IMG/VR virus record: IMGVR_UViG_3300048578_000191
Coordinates: 1-41,653 of that record
From: a virus
Lineage: Duplodnaviria > Caudoviricetes
Length of the DNA stretch: 41,653 nt
Strand: one strand, 5' to 3'
Shown: positions 25,921 to 34,268 of the stretch, piece after piece
Layout: each line of letters opens with the position of its first letter
Position numbering within the stretch: the first letter of the stretch is position 1
The notes under the pieces: generated by a model
Told to the model about the DNA's origin: nothing
Database searches by the model: none
The model's input: only the letters and a program-made list of their open reading frames with translations
Position numbers and translations under genes: made by a program

Positions 25921-26175
25921 TCAATCGTCGGCGAACCGCACATCGGAGAGTCCGCCGGCGCTCATCGCCCCGGCGCTCTGCTCGAGCTGCGTGAGCCGGT
26001 CGAGCAGCTGCTTGCGGTAGTTCACCAGGGCCGTGTACTGCGCCGAGTATCCGTCCTTGGAGATCTCCGCGGTGATCTGCTGGCCCACCTCGCCGAGGTG
26101 CTTCCGCAGCCGAGCAAGCCGCGCCGCGTCATCGGCCTGCTCCTCGTAGTCGTGATAGGTGTACGGATACGCCAT
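25921..26175 (-). CDS. gpW-like head completion protein
   Basis: 84 aa immediately upstream of the portal; helix-hairpin-helix layout (EISKDGYSAQY..L..YRKQL). Confidence 0.55.
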   Translation of the reverse strand: MAYPYTYHDYEEQADDAARLARLRKHLGEVGQQITAEISKDGYSAQYTALVNYRKQLLDRLTQLEQSAGAMSAGGLSDVRFADD

Positions 26176-26208
26176 CGACGACTTCCCCTTCCAGTTCTAC
26201 CCAACCTA

Positions 26209-26236
26209 GTGGCACAGGCATGGTGCCTGTGTCTAC
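26209..26236 (-). repeat. GTAG-type REP palindrome
   Basis: Minus strand reads GTAG-acacaggc-accat-gcctgtgc-cac. Confidence 0.75.
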
Positions 26237-26276
26237 CCGCACTACCGCCTCGATCTTTCTGCCTTGCCTCGTACCC

Positions 26277-26966
26277 CTACTTGTTCTTCTTGGCCTCGGC
26301 CGCTTCGGCCTTGGCCTTGTCCGCCAGTTCGAGGGCAAGCCGGGCCTGCTCGAGCTGCTGCGCCAGCTGTTCCTTGCGTCCCTGAATCGCCCGCCGCCGT
26401 TCGGCCGCGTGCAGGTTCACATCGATGAGCTGGTTGAGCTTCCGAAGCTCGGCACCCAGCCGCGCCTTGAGCTCCTCGGTCTGGCGGTTGATCGTCTCGC
26501 GGATCTCGCGGCACACCTGGTTCTGAGCCGCGACCGCCTCGTCGGTCCCTTCCAGCGCCGCCAGCGCCGCATCACACTGCGCGTCGGTCATCTGGTCGAT
26601 GGCGATCGACGCCGGGTCGGGCTTCTCCGCGGCGGCGTTTTCAGCCGCGGCTTTTTCCGCAGCGGCCTTTTCAGCGGCGGCCTTGTCAGCCGCGGCTTTT
26701 TCCGCAGCGGCCTTTTCAGCGGCGGCCTTGTCAGCCGCGGCCTTCTCGGCGGCGACCTTGTCCGCCTCGAGCTGCTCAGCTCCGGCGTTGCCCGCGGGCG
26801 GCTCGTTGGTCTGCGCCGGGCTCGAGGACTCGGCACCAGCTCCCACGCCAGAGGGCGCACCACCGGGCGCACCGGTGGGCGCTTCGGTCGGCGTGCCCGT
26901 CGTCGCCGGGGCGGCACCAGACGCGGCGGGGTCGGGCAGGCGGGGCGTGGTCGGGTTGCGGGCCAT
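26277..26966 (-). CDS. Coiled-coil protein with tandem AAAEK/AAADK pentapeptide repeats
   Basis: About nine 15-bp units at ~26622-26761; GGAG RBS before MARNP. Confidence 0.7.
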   Translation of the reverse strand: MARNPTTPRLPDPAASGAAPATTGTPTEAPTGAPGGAPSGVGAGAESSSPAQTNEPPAGNAGAEQLEADKVAAEKAAADKAAAEKAAAEKAAADKAAAEKAAAEKAAAENAAAEKPDPASIAIDQMTDAQCDAALAALEGTDEAVAAQNQVCREIRETINRQTEELKARLGAELRKLNQLIDVNLHAAERRRAIQGRKEQLAQQLEQARLALELADKAKAEAAEAKKNK

Positions 26967-27034
26967 GGGTGATCTCCGGTCAAGTTGAGCTGGCTGGGTT
27001 CCGGCGTGCGTGTGCCGGCGTGTGCTCGCGATAC

Positions 27035-27165
27035 CCAAAACCCCGCGTGTCCCAAAAAATGGTACACTTTGCCCGTTTGTTCGGGTCCTATCTGGATAGG
27101 CCGACACACGATCTGCATCGGGAATTCCAGACTCAAAGTCGATTTTGAGACAAAATTCCAACATG
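27035..27165 (-). promoter_or_regulatory. AT-rich intergenic region with inverted repeats; candidate late promoter/operator
   Basis: cctatc-tg-gatagg and ggaatt..ctcaaa-gtcgat-tttgag..aattcc dyads upstream of the head genes. Confidence 0.45.
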
Positions 27166-27196
27166 CGCACCGTTGCGCGCACGGACGGGCACCTGA

Positions 27197-29452
27197 TCAG
27201 TCCCGGAAGTAGCCCAACGGGTCGTCGTCCCCGATGACCGGATCATGCCCCGGGCGCTCGATGTCGCGGGGCTCGAGGCGTGGCGGTAGGGCGACTGGCG
27301 TCGCGGGAGGGGGCGGCGCGATCGGCGCACGCACCGGGATCTTGGCGGCGACAGCCGGATGCACCACGGGCCACCCAAGACCGACCGGGCGCTCCATCGT
27401 CTTGGTGTCGAGCAGGTCGGTGTAGCACGCCGCGTAGTACATGATGTCCCAGTAGTGGTTGTCGTTGCGCCCCGCCTTGGGCACCCACATCAGCCTGGTC
27501 CCGCGCGACGTCCGCTTGGAAATCATGTGCTCGGCGGTGAGCTGCACGATGTACTCGTCGGTCACATCCTCGGGCAGGATCCAGGAGAGCGACTCGGACG
27601 AGGCGATCGGGTCGGGCGTGAGGCGCTGGGCGATGTACGACTTCCAGAATCCGGAGTTGGCCAGGAACCCGAGCGGCACCGTGGACATCGGCTTGCCCGC
27701 GGGCGTGCGCTCGTACATGAACTTCCACGGCGTCTGCGCCGACGTCGCCAAAGGCTCCCAGCCCTTGACCGTGTAGCAGACGCGGCCCATCGCGAGCATG
27801 CGGGCGCGGAATGACAGCACTTCCTTCGGGCGGTGGCCCTCGTCGATCGCGATCGCCGTGATCCGCATCGTCGACGCGCCGGGGTAGAGCGCCGACGCGG
27901 GCTGGCCATCGGCGGCGATCGATGCGCCCGGGTGGCCGGGGCTGAGCGGGTACGCGCGGTCCGCCAGGCCATCGATCGAGACCAGGTCCTCGCCCTGCGG
28001 CGCGACGTGCATGCCGTGATCGACGACGTACAGCTTGGCCCCGTGGATGCCGATGGCAAAGACCGTCCACCACACCACGTCGTGCTGCACGTCGATGACC
28101 AGCATCAAGCGCAGCCCCTCCTTGGGCACCCAGCGGAGACGGTAGCCGCCGGCATCGACCAGCCGCCGCCGCTCGCGGAGTGTCTTGAGCTCGGCCTGCG
28201 AGATCGTCGGACGGTGCCCGCGGGCTTCGCGACGCACGACGAACTCGGGCGTGGGCGTCCCCTTGCACTCGTGCAGCTCGGCGGCCAGCTTTCCGAGCGG
28301 GAACATCGGGGCCAGGATCGCCGGGAAGTGCACGCCGGCGCGGGCGCTCTGGGGCACCGGCTCCGCCAGCCACTCGACGCGCGGCGCGGGGTCGGGGTTG
28401 TCGGCCGTCGCCTCACCCTGCACCACCCGCTGATGCTTGTTGGCCCAGACGCCGCGGGCATTGAGCCAGCTCTTGTGATGATCCTGGATCCGGAACCCGC
28501 ACGCCGAGCACTCGACATAGGCGGTGCGCTCCGCCTGGTCGGAGCTGCACGTGTACCCGCCATCCCAGCGGAGCTGCTCGATGCGGAAGACCTGGTAGTG
28601 CCCGCACCCGCCGAAGGCGGTCGGGCAGGGCCGCCAGAACTCTCGCTTGTCGGACAGCTCGTACTGCTGATCAAGCCCCTCGCCGGCGACGCCGGGAACG
28701 CCGGCCTTGATGATCTTGCCCCGCCGCCCGTAGGTGCTCACGCGGTCGCGGGCATCGGGCAGCGTCGACGGGTCGCAGCTCTCGAACTCGTCGATGATGA
28801 CGGTCATGGCCGGCGTCGATCGCCTTTGGCTCTCCGACTGGCTCCACACGATGAACAGGTCGTTGTTCAGGAACCTGATCATGGTGAGCGACTCGGACCG
28901 CTCGGTCTTGCCGCGCCCGCGCTGCGTGCCATCGCCGGACCGGGCCGAATCGGCAGAGGCGCCGACGAGCCGGTTGATGCGGGAGCACGCGGCGATCGCC
29001 GGACGAAGACGCCCCTTGACGTTGCGGTCGACGATCGCCCGGGTCGGCCAGACCAGCATCGTCGGCCCCGGGTTCTGGTCAGCGATCCAGAAGGCGATGA
29101 TCTCGAGGATTGTGGTCTTCTGGGTCTGCGACGCCATCATGAGCGTGACCTCGCTCACGGCCGGATCGGCGATCAGCTGCAGGATGCCGCGCACGTGCGG
29201 CGCGGTCGTGAAGTCGAACCGGCCGCCGGCGGCGCTGACGCGCTCGGAAATCTCGAAGTACCGCTCGGCCCAGACGTCGGGAGAGAGCGGATCACGCACG
29301 GCCCAGACATCGGCCAGGAGCGCCGCCAGCTCGGGCTCCAGGGGAGGGACCCGAAACTCCCGCTCGAGCTCGCGTGACGCGGCGCCTCCACCGAAGGTGT
29401 GCAGCACCGGCTGGTAGAACCCGGGCTCGGAGAAGAGCGTCGGGGAGCTCAT
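27197..29452 (-). CDS. terL: Terminase large subunit, lambda GpA family
   Basis: Walker A-like MASQTQKT, Walker B VIIDE, Zn-binding PC..CGH / ECSACG, nuclease IDVQ..IDEG..NHYWD. Confidence 0.93.
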   Translation of the reverse strand: MSSPTLFSEPGFYQPVLHTFGGGAASRELEREFRVPPLEPELAALLADVWAVRDPLSPDVWAERYFEISERVSAAGGRFDFTTAPHVRGILQLIADPAVSEVTLMMASQTQKTTILEIIAFWIADQNPGPTMLVWPTRAIVDRNVKGRLRPAIAACSRINRLVGASADSARSGDGTQRGRGKTERSESLTMIRFLNNDLFIVWSQSESQRRSTPAMTVIIDEFESCDPSTLPDARDRVSTYGRRGKIIKAGVPGVAGEGLDQQYELSDKREFWRPCPTAFGGCGHYQVFRIEQLRWDGGYTCSSDQAERTAYVECSACGFRIQDHHKSWLNARGVWANKHQRVVQGEATADNPDPAPRVEWLAEPVPQSARAGVHFPAILAPMFPLGKLAAELHECKGTPTPEFVVRREARGHRPTISQAELKTLRERRRLVDAGGYRLRWVPKEGLRLMLVIDVQHDVVWWTVFAIGIHGAKLYVVDHGMHVAPQGEDLVSIDGLADRAYPLSPGHPGASIAADGQPASALYPGASTMRITAIAIDEGHRPKEVLSFRARMLAMGRVCYTVKGWEPLATSAQTPWKFMYERTPAGKPMSTVPLGFLANSGFWKSYIAQRLTPDPIASSESLSWILPEDVTDEYIVQLTAEHMISKRTSRGTRLMWVPKAGRNDNHYWDIMYYAACYTDLLDTKTMERPVGLGWPVVHPAVAAKIPVRAPIAPPPPATPVALPPRLEPRDIERPGHDPVIGDDDPLGYFRD

Positions 29453-30249
29453 GAGGCGATCCCCACACCAGCAGCGCCGGACAAAGCGCCGGGCGGCACG
29501 GCCTCGCCGGCGGGACCGAAGGGTTGGGTCGCCATGCGTTCGCGGATCGTGCCGACCATCTCGCGCATGCGTCGCTCGAGCAGGGTGAAGGCCGCCTGAT
29601 CAAGGCGGAGCACGCCGGCCAGGTCGTCCTGGCATCGCTTGGCCTCGCGTTCCACGACGTCGCGCAGGTTGCTGTGGGCCCGCACGTGCAGCCGCAGTGT
29701 CTCGGCCCGCTCGCACAGCTCGCCCATCTGCCGGCGGAGCTGGGCCCGGCGCTCGATGACGCGGAGCTGCTCGTGCTCACCCTTCAGCTCCGTGAGCGAC
29801 GCCGAGGCGCTGCGCTGCTTTTCGTCCAGGGCGCTCCGCTCCGCGGCCGCGGCATCGGGCTCGCCGGCGGGGCCTGCAGCGCCGGTCTCGGGTGTTGCCG
29901 ACGTCGCCGCCGACGTGGCCGCCGACGTGGAAGCCGACGTGGCCGCAGGCAAGGTCGCTCCCGGGGAAAGATCAAAGAGTTCGGGCCCCGTCTTCTTGCG
30001 CACCCGCTTGCGCGCCCCGGATCCCGGGCGGTCCCCTCCGTGCCCGTAGTTGGTGACGTTGGACTGGTACCACGCGGTGCACCGGTCGGGCCGGTACAGC
30101 GGGCGTTTGCCATCCAGCCCGTCGCGTCCCATGCCCTGGCGGTCAAACCGGTGGATCAACTGGCGGGTGACCCCCAGGAGCTTGGCCAGTTCAGCCTGGG
30201 TCACCAGGCCCGTCGCCATCCGGCGCTGCTTGGACTTTGACCTGCTCAT
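29449..30249 (-). CDS. terS: Terminase small subunit, Nu1-like
   Basis: N-terminal winged HTH (VTQAELAKLLGVTRQLI), C-terminal coiled coil with GELC; ATGA-coupled to terL. Confidence 0.8.
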   Translation of the reverse strand: MSRSKSKQRRMATGLVTQAELAKLLGVTRQLIHRFDRQGMGRDGLDGKRPLYRPDRCTAWYQSNVTNYGHGGDRPGSGARKRVRKKTGPELFDLSPGATLPAATSASTSAATSAATSATPETGAAGPAGEPDAAAAERSALDEKQRSASASLTELKGEHEQLRVIERRAQLRRQMGELCERAETLRLHVRAHSNLRDVVEREAKRCQDDLAGVLRLDQAAFTLLERRMREMVGTIRERMATQPFGPAGEAVPPGALSGAAGVGIAS

Positions 30250-30626
30250 GCGGCGCGCCTCCGACCAGATGGGCGCGTGGGCCCTTTGCCGCCCGCGCCA
30301 TCGATCCGCACCAGCCGGGCCGGGTCGATCCCCTCCGCGACGCACGCCTGCACCAGAGCCACCGTGAACGCGCGGAACGCCCGACTGGCCGCCGACTTGC
30401 TGAGGCCCGCCCGCGCCGCCGCGGCCCGCACCGAGGCCACGGAGCGATCATCGCGGCGCGGGTCGATCAGCTCGAGCAGCACGCGGGCCTTGCGGGCATC
30501 GCCGCGCGCAAAGACCCGGACCAGGACCCGCATGGTCCGGTCGGGGCCGCCGGCGGTGATTGTCCGCCGCCTGTTGATGGCTCGATTACGCTCGGGCACG
30601 ATCGCGCCCCGTGGCAGCGCGATCAT
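30246..30626 (-). CDS. Putative HTH DNA-binding protein
   Basis: SVRAAAARAGLSKSAASRA HTH pattern; coupled to terS. Confidence 0.55.
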   Translation of the reverse strand: MIALPRGAIVPERNRAINRRRTITAGGPDRTMRVLVRVFARGDARKARVLLELIDPRRDDRSVASVRAAAARAGLSKSAASRAFRAFTVALVQACVAEGIDPARLVRIDGAGGKGPTRPSGRRRAA

Positions 30627-31473
30627 TCGCGTGGTTCAACTCCGCGCCGGTCGTGGCGCTGGTCTTCCTACCAACCCTTGTGGGATGGGCGTCCCGCCCG
30701 TCACTACCCACCCCTCCCGTCTTCGTCTTGCCCGCGTTCTCCCCAACGCCCCGATCCTTCCCCAGCCGGGTCCGCGGCCGCAGGATGTCGCGCAGGCGCA
30801 GCGCGTCGGAGTCGTCGCCCACCAGGCGGGCGGCGCGGATGAGGGCCTGCTCGTTGATGCCCGCGCGGCTCTGGTACTCCAAGCCCGGCACGCCGGCCAG
30901 GCGCATCTCCCGCTCGTGCAGGCCGTCGAACATGCTGTCGAAGGGGACGCCCGCCGCGGTGCAGCAGCTGGCGGGGTACTGCCGCGGCGTGGCGTTGGGG
31001 ACTGCGGTGGCGGGGAGCAGGCGGTCGGCCCGGTCCATGACCAGGTGGGCGCGGTCGCAGGGGTCGGGGCTGGTGATCATGCGGCCCTCGAGCACGCCCG
31101 CGGTGAGGACCACGCGGGCGTTGTCGCGGCAGAGCGCCCGCGACGCCGCGCGAGACCCGCAGCCGCTGGCGTGGCCTTGGCCCTGGGCGTACCAGGATCC
31201 GGGCGCGTCTTCGCCGCCGCCGGCTCGGATGGTTTGCTGCGCCCTGGTGGCGGGCCTCGACGGGCCCTTGGTGACGGGAGAGTTGGGCACTGGCTTGGGC
31301 GGGGGAACTGGCTTGCGTGTAGCTGCAGTGAGCAGAGCCGGCCCCGGCCCCACGCCCGCGCGGACCCGCGTGCGCGCAAAGGCCTGGCCGGCCGCCGGGG
31401 CGTGTCCGTTGTCGCGGCCCTGATCGCGCATAATCGCGCGGATGCGTCGGGCCACCGACAGCATCTCGAGCAT
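30586..31473 (-). CDS. Hypothetical protein (start uncertain)
   Basis: Ordered central domain; fills the gap in the minus-strand operon. Confidence 0.45.
   Translation of the reverse strand: MLEMLSVARRIRAIMRDQGRDNGHAPAAGQAFARTRVRAGVGPGPALLTAATRKPVPPPKPVPNSPVTKGPSRPATRAQQTIRAGGGEDAPGSWYAQGQGHASGCGSRAASRALCRDNARVVLTAGVLEGRMITSPDPCDRAHLVMDRADRLLPATAVPNATPRQYPASCCTAAGVPFDSMFDGLHEREMRLAGVPGLEYQSRAGINEQALIRAARLVGDDSDALRLRDILRPRTRLGKDRGVGENAGKTKTGGVGSDGRDAHPTRVGRKTSATTGAELNHANDRAATGRDRARA
30681..30707 (-). repeat. GTAG-type REP-like palindrome inside an ORF 3' end
   Basis: Minus strand reads GTAG-tgacgggcg-gga-cgcccatcc-ca. Confidence 0.55.
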
Positions 31474-31535
31474 CGCGTCCTTGCGAGCAGCACCCACGTC
31501 CGGCTCCTGATGGCACAAATGGCGTGACAGTGTGA

Positions 31536-31808
31536 TCAGTCGTCGATGATACCGGCCGCGTCGCGCGGGACGCACCCGCGTCCGGCGTGAGCTCCTGGCG
31601 GTGTTCCGGCTTTGGCTGAAGTCTCGCGCCCGGCGCGTTGGCGCAGCACGTCGATGGCCTTCTCGCCGTTGATGGTGATGCGCCATCCCTGGGGGGCGTC
31701 GACGCCGATGCGTCGGCCGCGTCCCTTGGGGTTGCAGCGGATGGAGATCGGGCCTGAGGGGGTCTGGATCTCCACCAGGTCATCGGGCATGTACCTGATC
31801 ACGAGCAT
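31536..31808 (-). CDS. csrA: Divergent CsrA/RsmA-like protein
   Basis: MLVIR....D.VEI...RIGVDAP matches the CsrA beta-strand pattern; the HREE motif is absent. Confidence 0.6.
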   Translation of the reverse strand: MLVIRYMPDDLVEIQTPSGPISIRCNPKGRGRRIGVDAPQGWRITINGEKAIDVLRQRAGRETSAKAGTPPGAHAGRGCVPRDAAGIIDD

Positions 31809-32140
31809 TCGGTTCCCTTCATGTCGGCGCTGTCATCGGCGTGGCTGTCAGCGTGGCTGTCCTTGGCCCACCCAGCGGCCCACTTGCGCCAGTATCGGGA
31901 GCAGGTGCCGTCGGTGCTCGGCTGCGGCTCGCGCTGGTAGCGATCGGTAAGCGTGCGGATGGCGCGGATCGGGTCGGTGTTGCGGACGCGCAGGTACCAG
32001 CCGTCGCGCGAGATCTGGGCGACCCAGGTGCCCCCGGTCTTCAGCCGCGTCGCCGGCCGCCAGGAGATCTTCACGCCCTTGCACTGCAGGCCGCGGAGCA
32101 GGTCGGCGATCTCGGACACCTCGAACATCGGCGTGCTCAT
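31799..32140 (-). CDS. Hypothetical protein
   Basis: ATGA coupling; GGGGAG RBS. Confidence 0.55.
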   Translation of the reverse strand: MSTPMFEVSEIADLLRGLQCKGVKISWRPATRLKTGGTWVAQISRDGWYLRVRNTDPIRAIRTLTDRYQREPQPSTDGTCSRYWRKWAAGWAKDSHADSHADDSADMKGTECS

Positions 32141-32583
32141 GCTCCCCGCCCCTTCCTGCACTTTGCGTTCTTCCTGGCCCGTCGAACCGACTTGCCACGC
32201 TTGGCCCGGATCCAGCGCCGCGCCACCGTACTGGCCCACTTCTGAAACTCAACCTCGTCCTGGTCGGCCAGCTGCTGGCAGCACTCACGCTCGTGCATGC
32301 ATTCCGGGCATACCTGCCGCTTGCACTGCGGGCACGGGGCAAGGGCTCCCAGCTTCCCCGCGGCCCCGCGCTCCTTCTCTCCGAATCGATTGACGCCCAC
32401 GCTGCCCGGCTTTCGTCCGCAGTACCCGCACGCGTCCTTCCTGGACTCGCATTCAGAGCAGAGCGTGTGCGCCTTGTCGACCCACCAGCACCCGGCCGGG
32501 CACCCCTCGTCATCGGTGCACCCGCAGATCCGACAGCGTCCGGACTCGTAGGTGGCCGCCTTGCTGGAGCGTTTAGCCTTCAC
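32137..32583 (-). CDS. Cys-rich zinc-finger-like protein
   Basis: CRICGCTD..GC..GCWW...LCSEC plus further CxxC pairs; GTGA coupling. Confidence 0.65.
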   Translation of the reverse strand: MKAKRSSKAATYESGRCRICGCTDDEGCPAGCWWVDKAHTLCSECESRKDACGYCGRKPGSVGVNRFGEKERGAAGKLGALAPCPQCKRQVCPECMHERECCQQLADQDEVEFQKWASTVARRWIRAKRGKSVRRARKNAKCRKGRGA

Positions 32584-33101
32584 GCTCCACCCCCGTTCAT
32601 CTTCCGCAGCTCCGCCAGCAGCTCGCCCTCGCGCTTCTCTGCCGCGGCCTTGGCGGCAAAGAGCCCATCGCACGCCAGCGCGCCGTCCGGGTACAGCTCG
32701 GCGCTCCCGCTGAGCGTCCACTGCCCACGCCGGCAGCGGATCACATGCTCGAAGTGATCCCCGTCGCTGTGTGCAGCGCTCATGGCGCGCAGCCCGCCAT
32801 CGCCCAGAGGCTCCCACGCCAGACTGGATGCCGCGGGCGCAGACTCGGAGGACAGTGCCGGCGTGGAGACGGTCCTGGGCGTCTGAGTCCTGGGGCTCGC
32901 TCGACCCGCCGAGCTCCTCGCGCGTGGCATCTTGCGCGCCGCCGACCGGTTCACCTTCCGCCGCGGCGTCGACGAGCTCGTCGACGATGATTGTGCGTCG
33001 CCACTCTCATCCTCGCGCCCGGGTCTGAGCAGATCCGCCGCTCGCCTGAGCCGCCCTGCGTACTGCTCGAGCAGCTGCGCTGTTCGATCCGTGAACTCCA
33101 T
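32580..33101 (-). CDS. Hypothetical protein
   Basis: AAGGAG RBS; coupled stop. Confidence 0.6.
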   Translation of the reverse strand: MEFTDRTAQLLEQYAGRLRRAADLLRPGREDESGDAQSSSTSSSTPRRKVNRSAARKMPRARSSAGRASPRTQTPRTVSTPALSSESAPAASSLAWEPLGDGGLRAMSAAHSDGDHFEHVIRCRRGQWTLSGSAELYPDGALACDGLFAAKAAAEKREGELLAELRKMNGGGA

Positions 33102-33149
33102 CGCAGACTCCTTCTTCGCCGATTGCCGATGCCTGATGCCCAGTGCCTT

Positions 33150-33425
33150 TCAATCCCCTGCCTGCGTCTCGACCGGACGAACAGGCGGCTGCAGGGGGAT
33201 CTCAGCACCAACGACGTCGTCCAGGTGCACGGCCGTCGTCAGGCGGACCGTGACGTTGACGTCGACGAAGACGATCTTCTCGCGATCGCCAACCGCGGCC
33301 AGCGCGTGCACCTGGGCCATCTTCATCAGTTCTTTCTCGTACCACCGACGCGGGCCCTCGGGCACCGCCAGATCACGCTGCAACATCACGCAGCCCGCCG
33401 GACAATCATTCAATTTCAGAATCAT
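33150..33425 (-). CDS. Hypothetical protein
   Basis: AAGGAG RBS. Confidence 0.55.
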   Translation of the reverse strand: MILKLNDCPAGCVMLQRDLAVPEGPRRWYEKELMKMAQVHALAAVGDREKIVFVDVNVTVRLTTAVHLDDVVGAEIPLQPPVRPVETQAGD

Positions 33426-33453
33426 TCCGCACGCTCCTTTTTACGCTGAATGT

Positions 33454-33567
33454 TCACCAATGCCCGATGCCTTTCCCGCTCACGCCTCCACATACCACCG
33501 CACCGCGCCGCAGGCGGCCGGCGAACTGCTCGAGCAATCGTGCTGTCGGATCCTTGTACTCCATCAT
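33454..33567 (-). pseudogene. 37-aa truncated paralogue of the 32580-33101 N-terminus
   Basis: MMEYKDPTARLLEQFAGRLRR versus MEFTDRTAQLLEQYAGRLRR; ATGA-coupled to the upstream gene. Confidence 0.55.
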
Positions 33568-34268
33568 GCGTCCCTTTCCTGCAGCGGAGCCTTCCGAGTC
33601 TTCTTGTACGCCTCACCCACTGCGCTGGAGTCGTTGTGCCCGGCGCTCTTCGCGGCGCGGAACGCCTTGAACCACCTCCGGGCCGCGGCGTACCTGGTCA
33701 CGTTGTCCCGGCGCTCGGCGACGGCCGCGATCAAGTCTTCGATCTCGTAGGGATGCTGGCGGTGCGACTTCCAGGGCCCGCGCCACTTGAGCACGCGGCT
33801 TCCGTCGGAAGAGATCCGCAGCACGCCCCAGTCATCAACCTTGTCCTCGCGGATTGCGTCCTCGGTCGCCGCCAGGATGAGCATGTGCGCCGGCGCGGGA
33901 AGCGTCGGGCGATTCGGGGCGAAGTTCAGCGTGTACTTCCGGCCCGCGTCGCGCATGAAGTCGGCCCGGCTGGTCTTGACCTCCACGGCGATCGTGATGC
34001 GGCCGCCGAGCATGCGGTACAGCCGCGATACCTGACTGTCCGCTTGTGCGAATGCCTCTTGATCCTGCACCATGTCCCGGAGGAGCCGCGATCGCCGGGC
34101 CTCGGTCATCGTCGGGGACCACCACGTCGCCAGGTCGGCGACCCAGCCGGATCCGAGCGGAACCTCCGTCTCGATCATCTTGCAACCGATTCCGGACAGC
34201 CACGCCGCCGCCACCGCCGTGGCTCGGTGCGTCACCTCGGTCTTGTTGCGATCGAGCGGTTCGTTCAC
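33564..34268 (-). CDS. PD-(D/E)XK nuclease-like protein, MmcB-like
   Basis: ETEVPLGSGWVADL...IAVEVKTSRADF.RD..K...WGVL. Confidence 0.7.
   Translation of the reverse strand: MNEPLDRNKTEVTHRATAVAAAWLSGIGCKMIETEVPLGSGWVADLATWWSPTMTEARRSRLLRDMVQDQEAFAQADSQVSRLYRMLGGRITIAVEVKTSRADFMRDAGRKYTLNFAPNRPTLPAPAHMLILAATEDAIREDKVDDWGVLRISSDGSRVLKWRGPWKSHRQHPYEIEDLIAAVAERRDNVTRYAAARRWFKAFRAAKSAGHNDSSAVGEAYKKTRKAPLQERDA

Noticed and set aside
22690-25994. 479-aa and 788-aa plus-strand ORFs
   Set aside because: Antisense to the protease and portal genes, which carry clear family motifs
11015-26761. CRISPR array or mini-array
   Set aside because: Repeats are tandem or isolated palindromes without regularly sized unique spacers; no cas genes seen
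27833-29377. 514-aa plus-strand ORF (and similar ones at 17416, 36458, 37840 and 38811)
   Set aside because: Shadows of terL and other motif-supported minus-strand genes
29893-29946. 12-bp repeats in terS, and DSHA repeats near 31830-31860
   Set aside because: In-frame low-complexity linker expansions with no sign of separate function
33422-33616. 64-aa ORF from the track
   Set aside because: The overlapping 37-aa frame at 33454-33567 is better supported by ATGA coupling and paralogy
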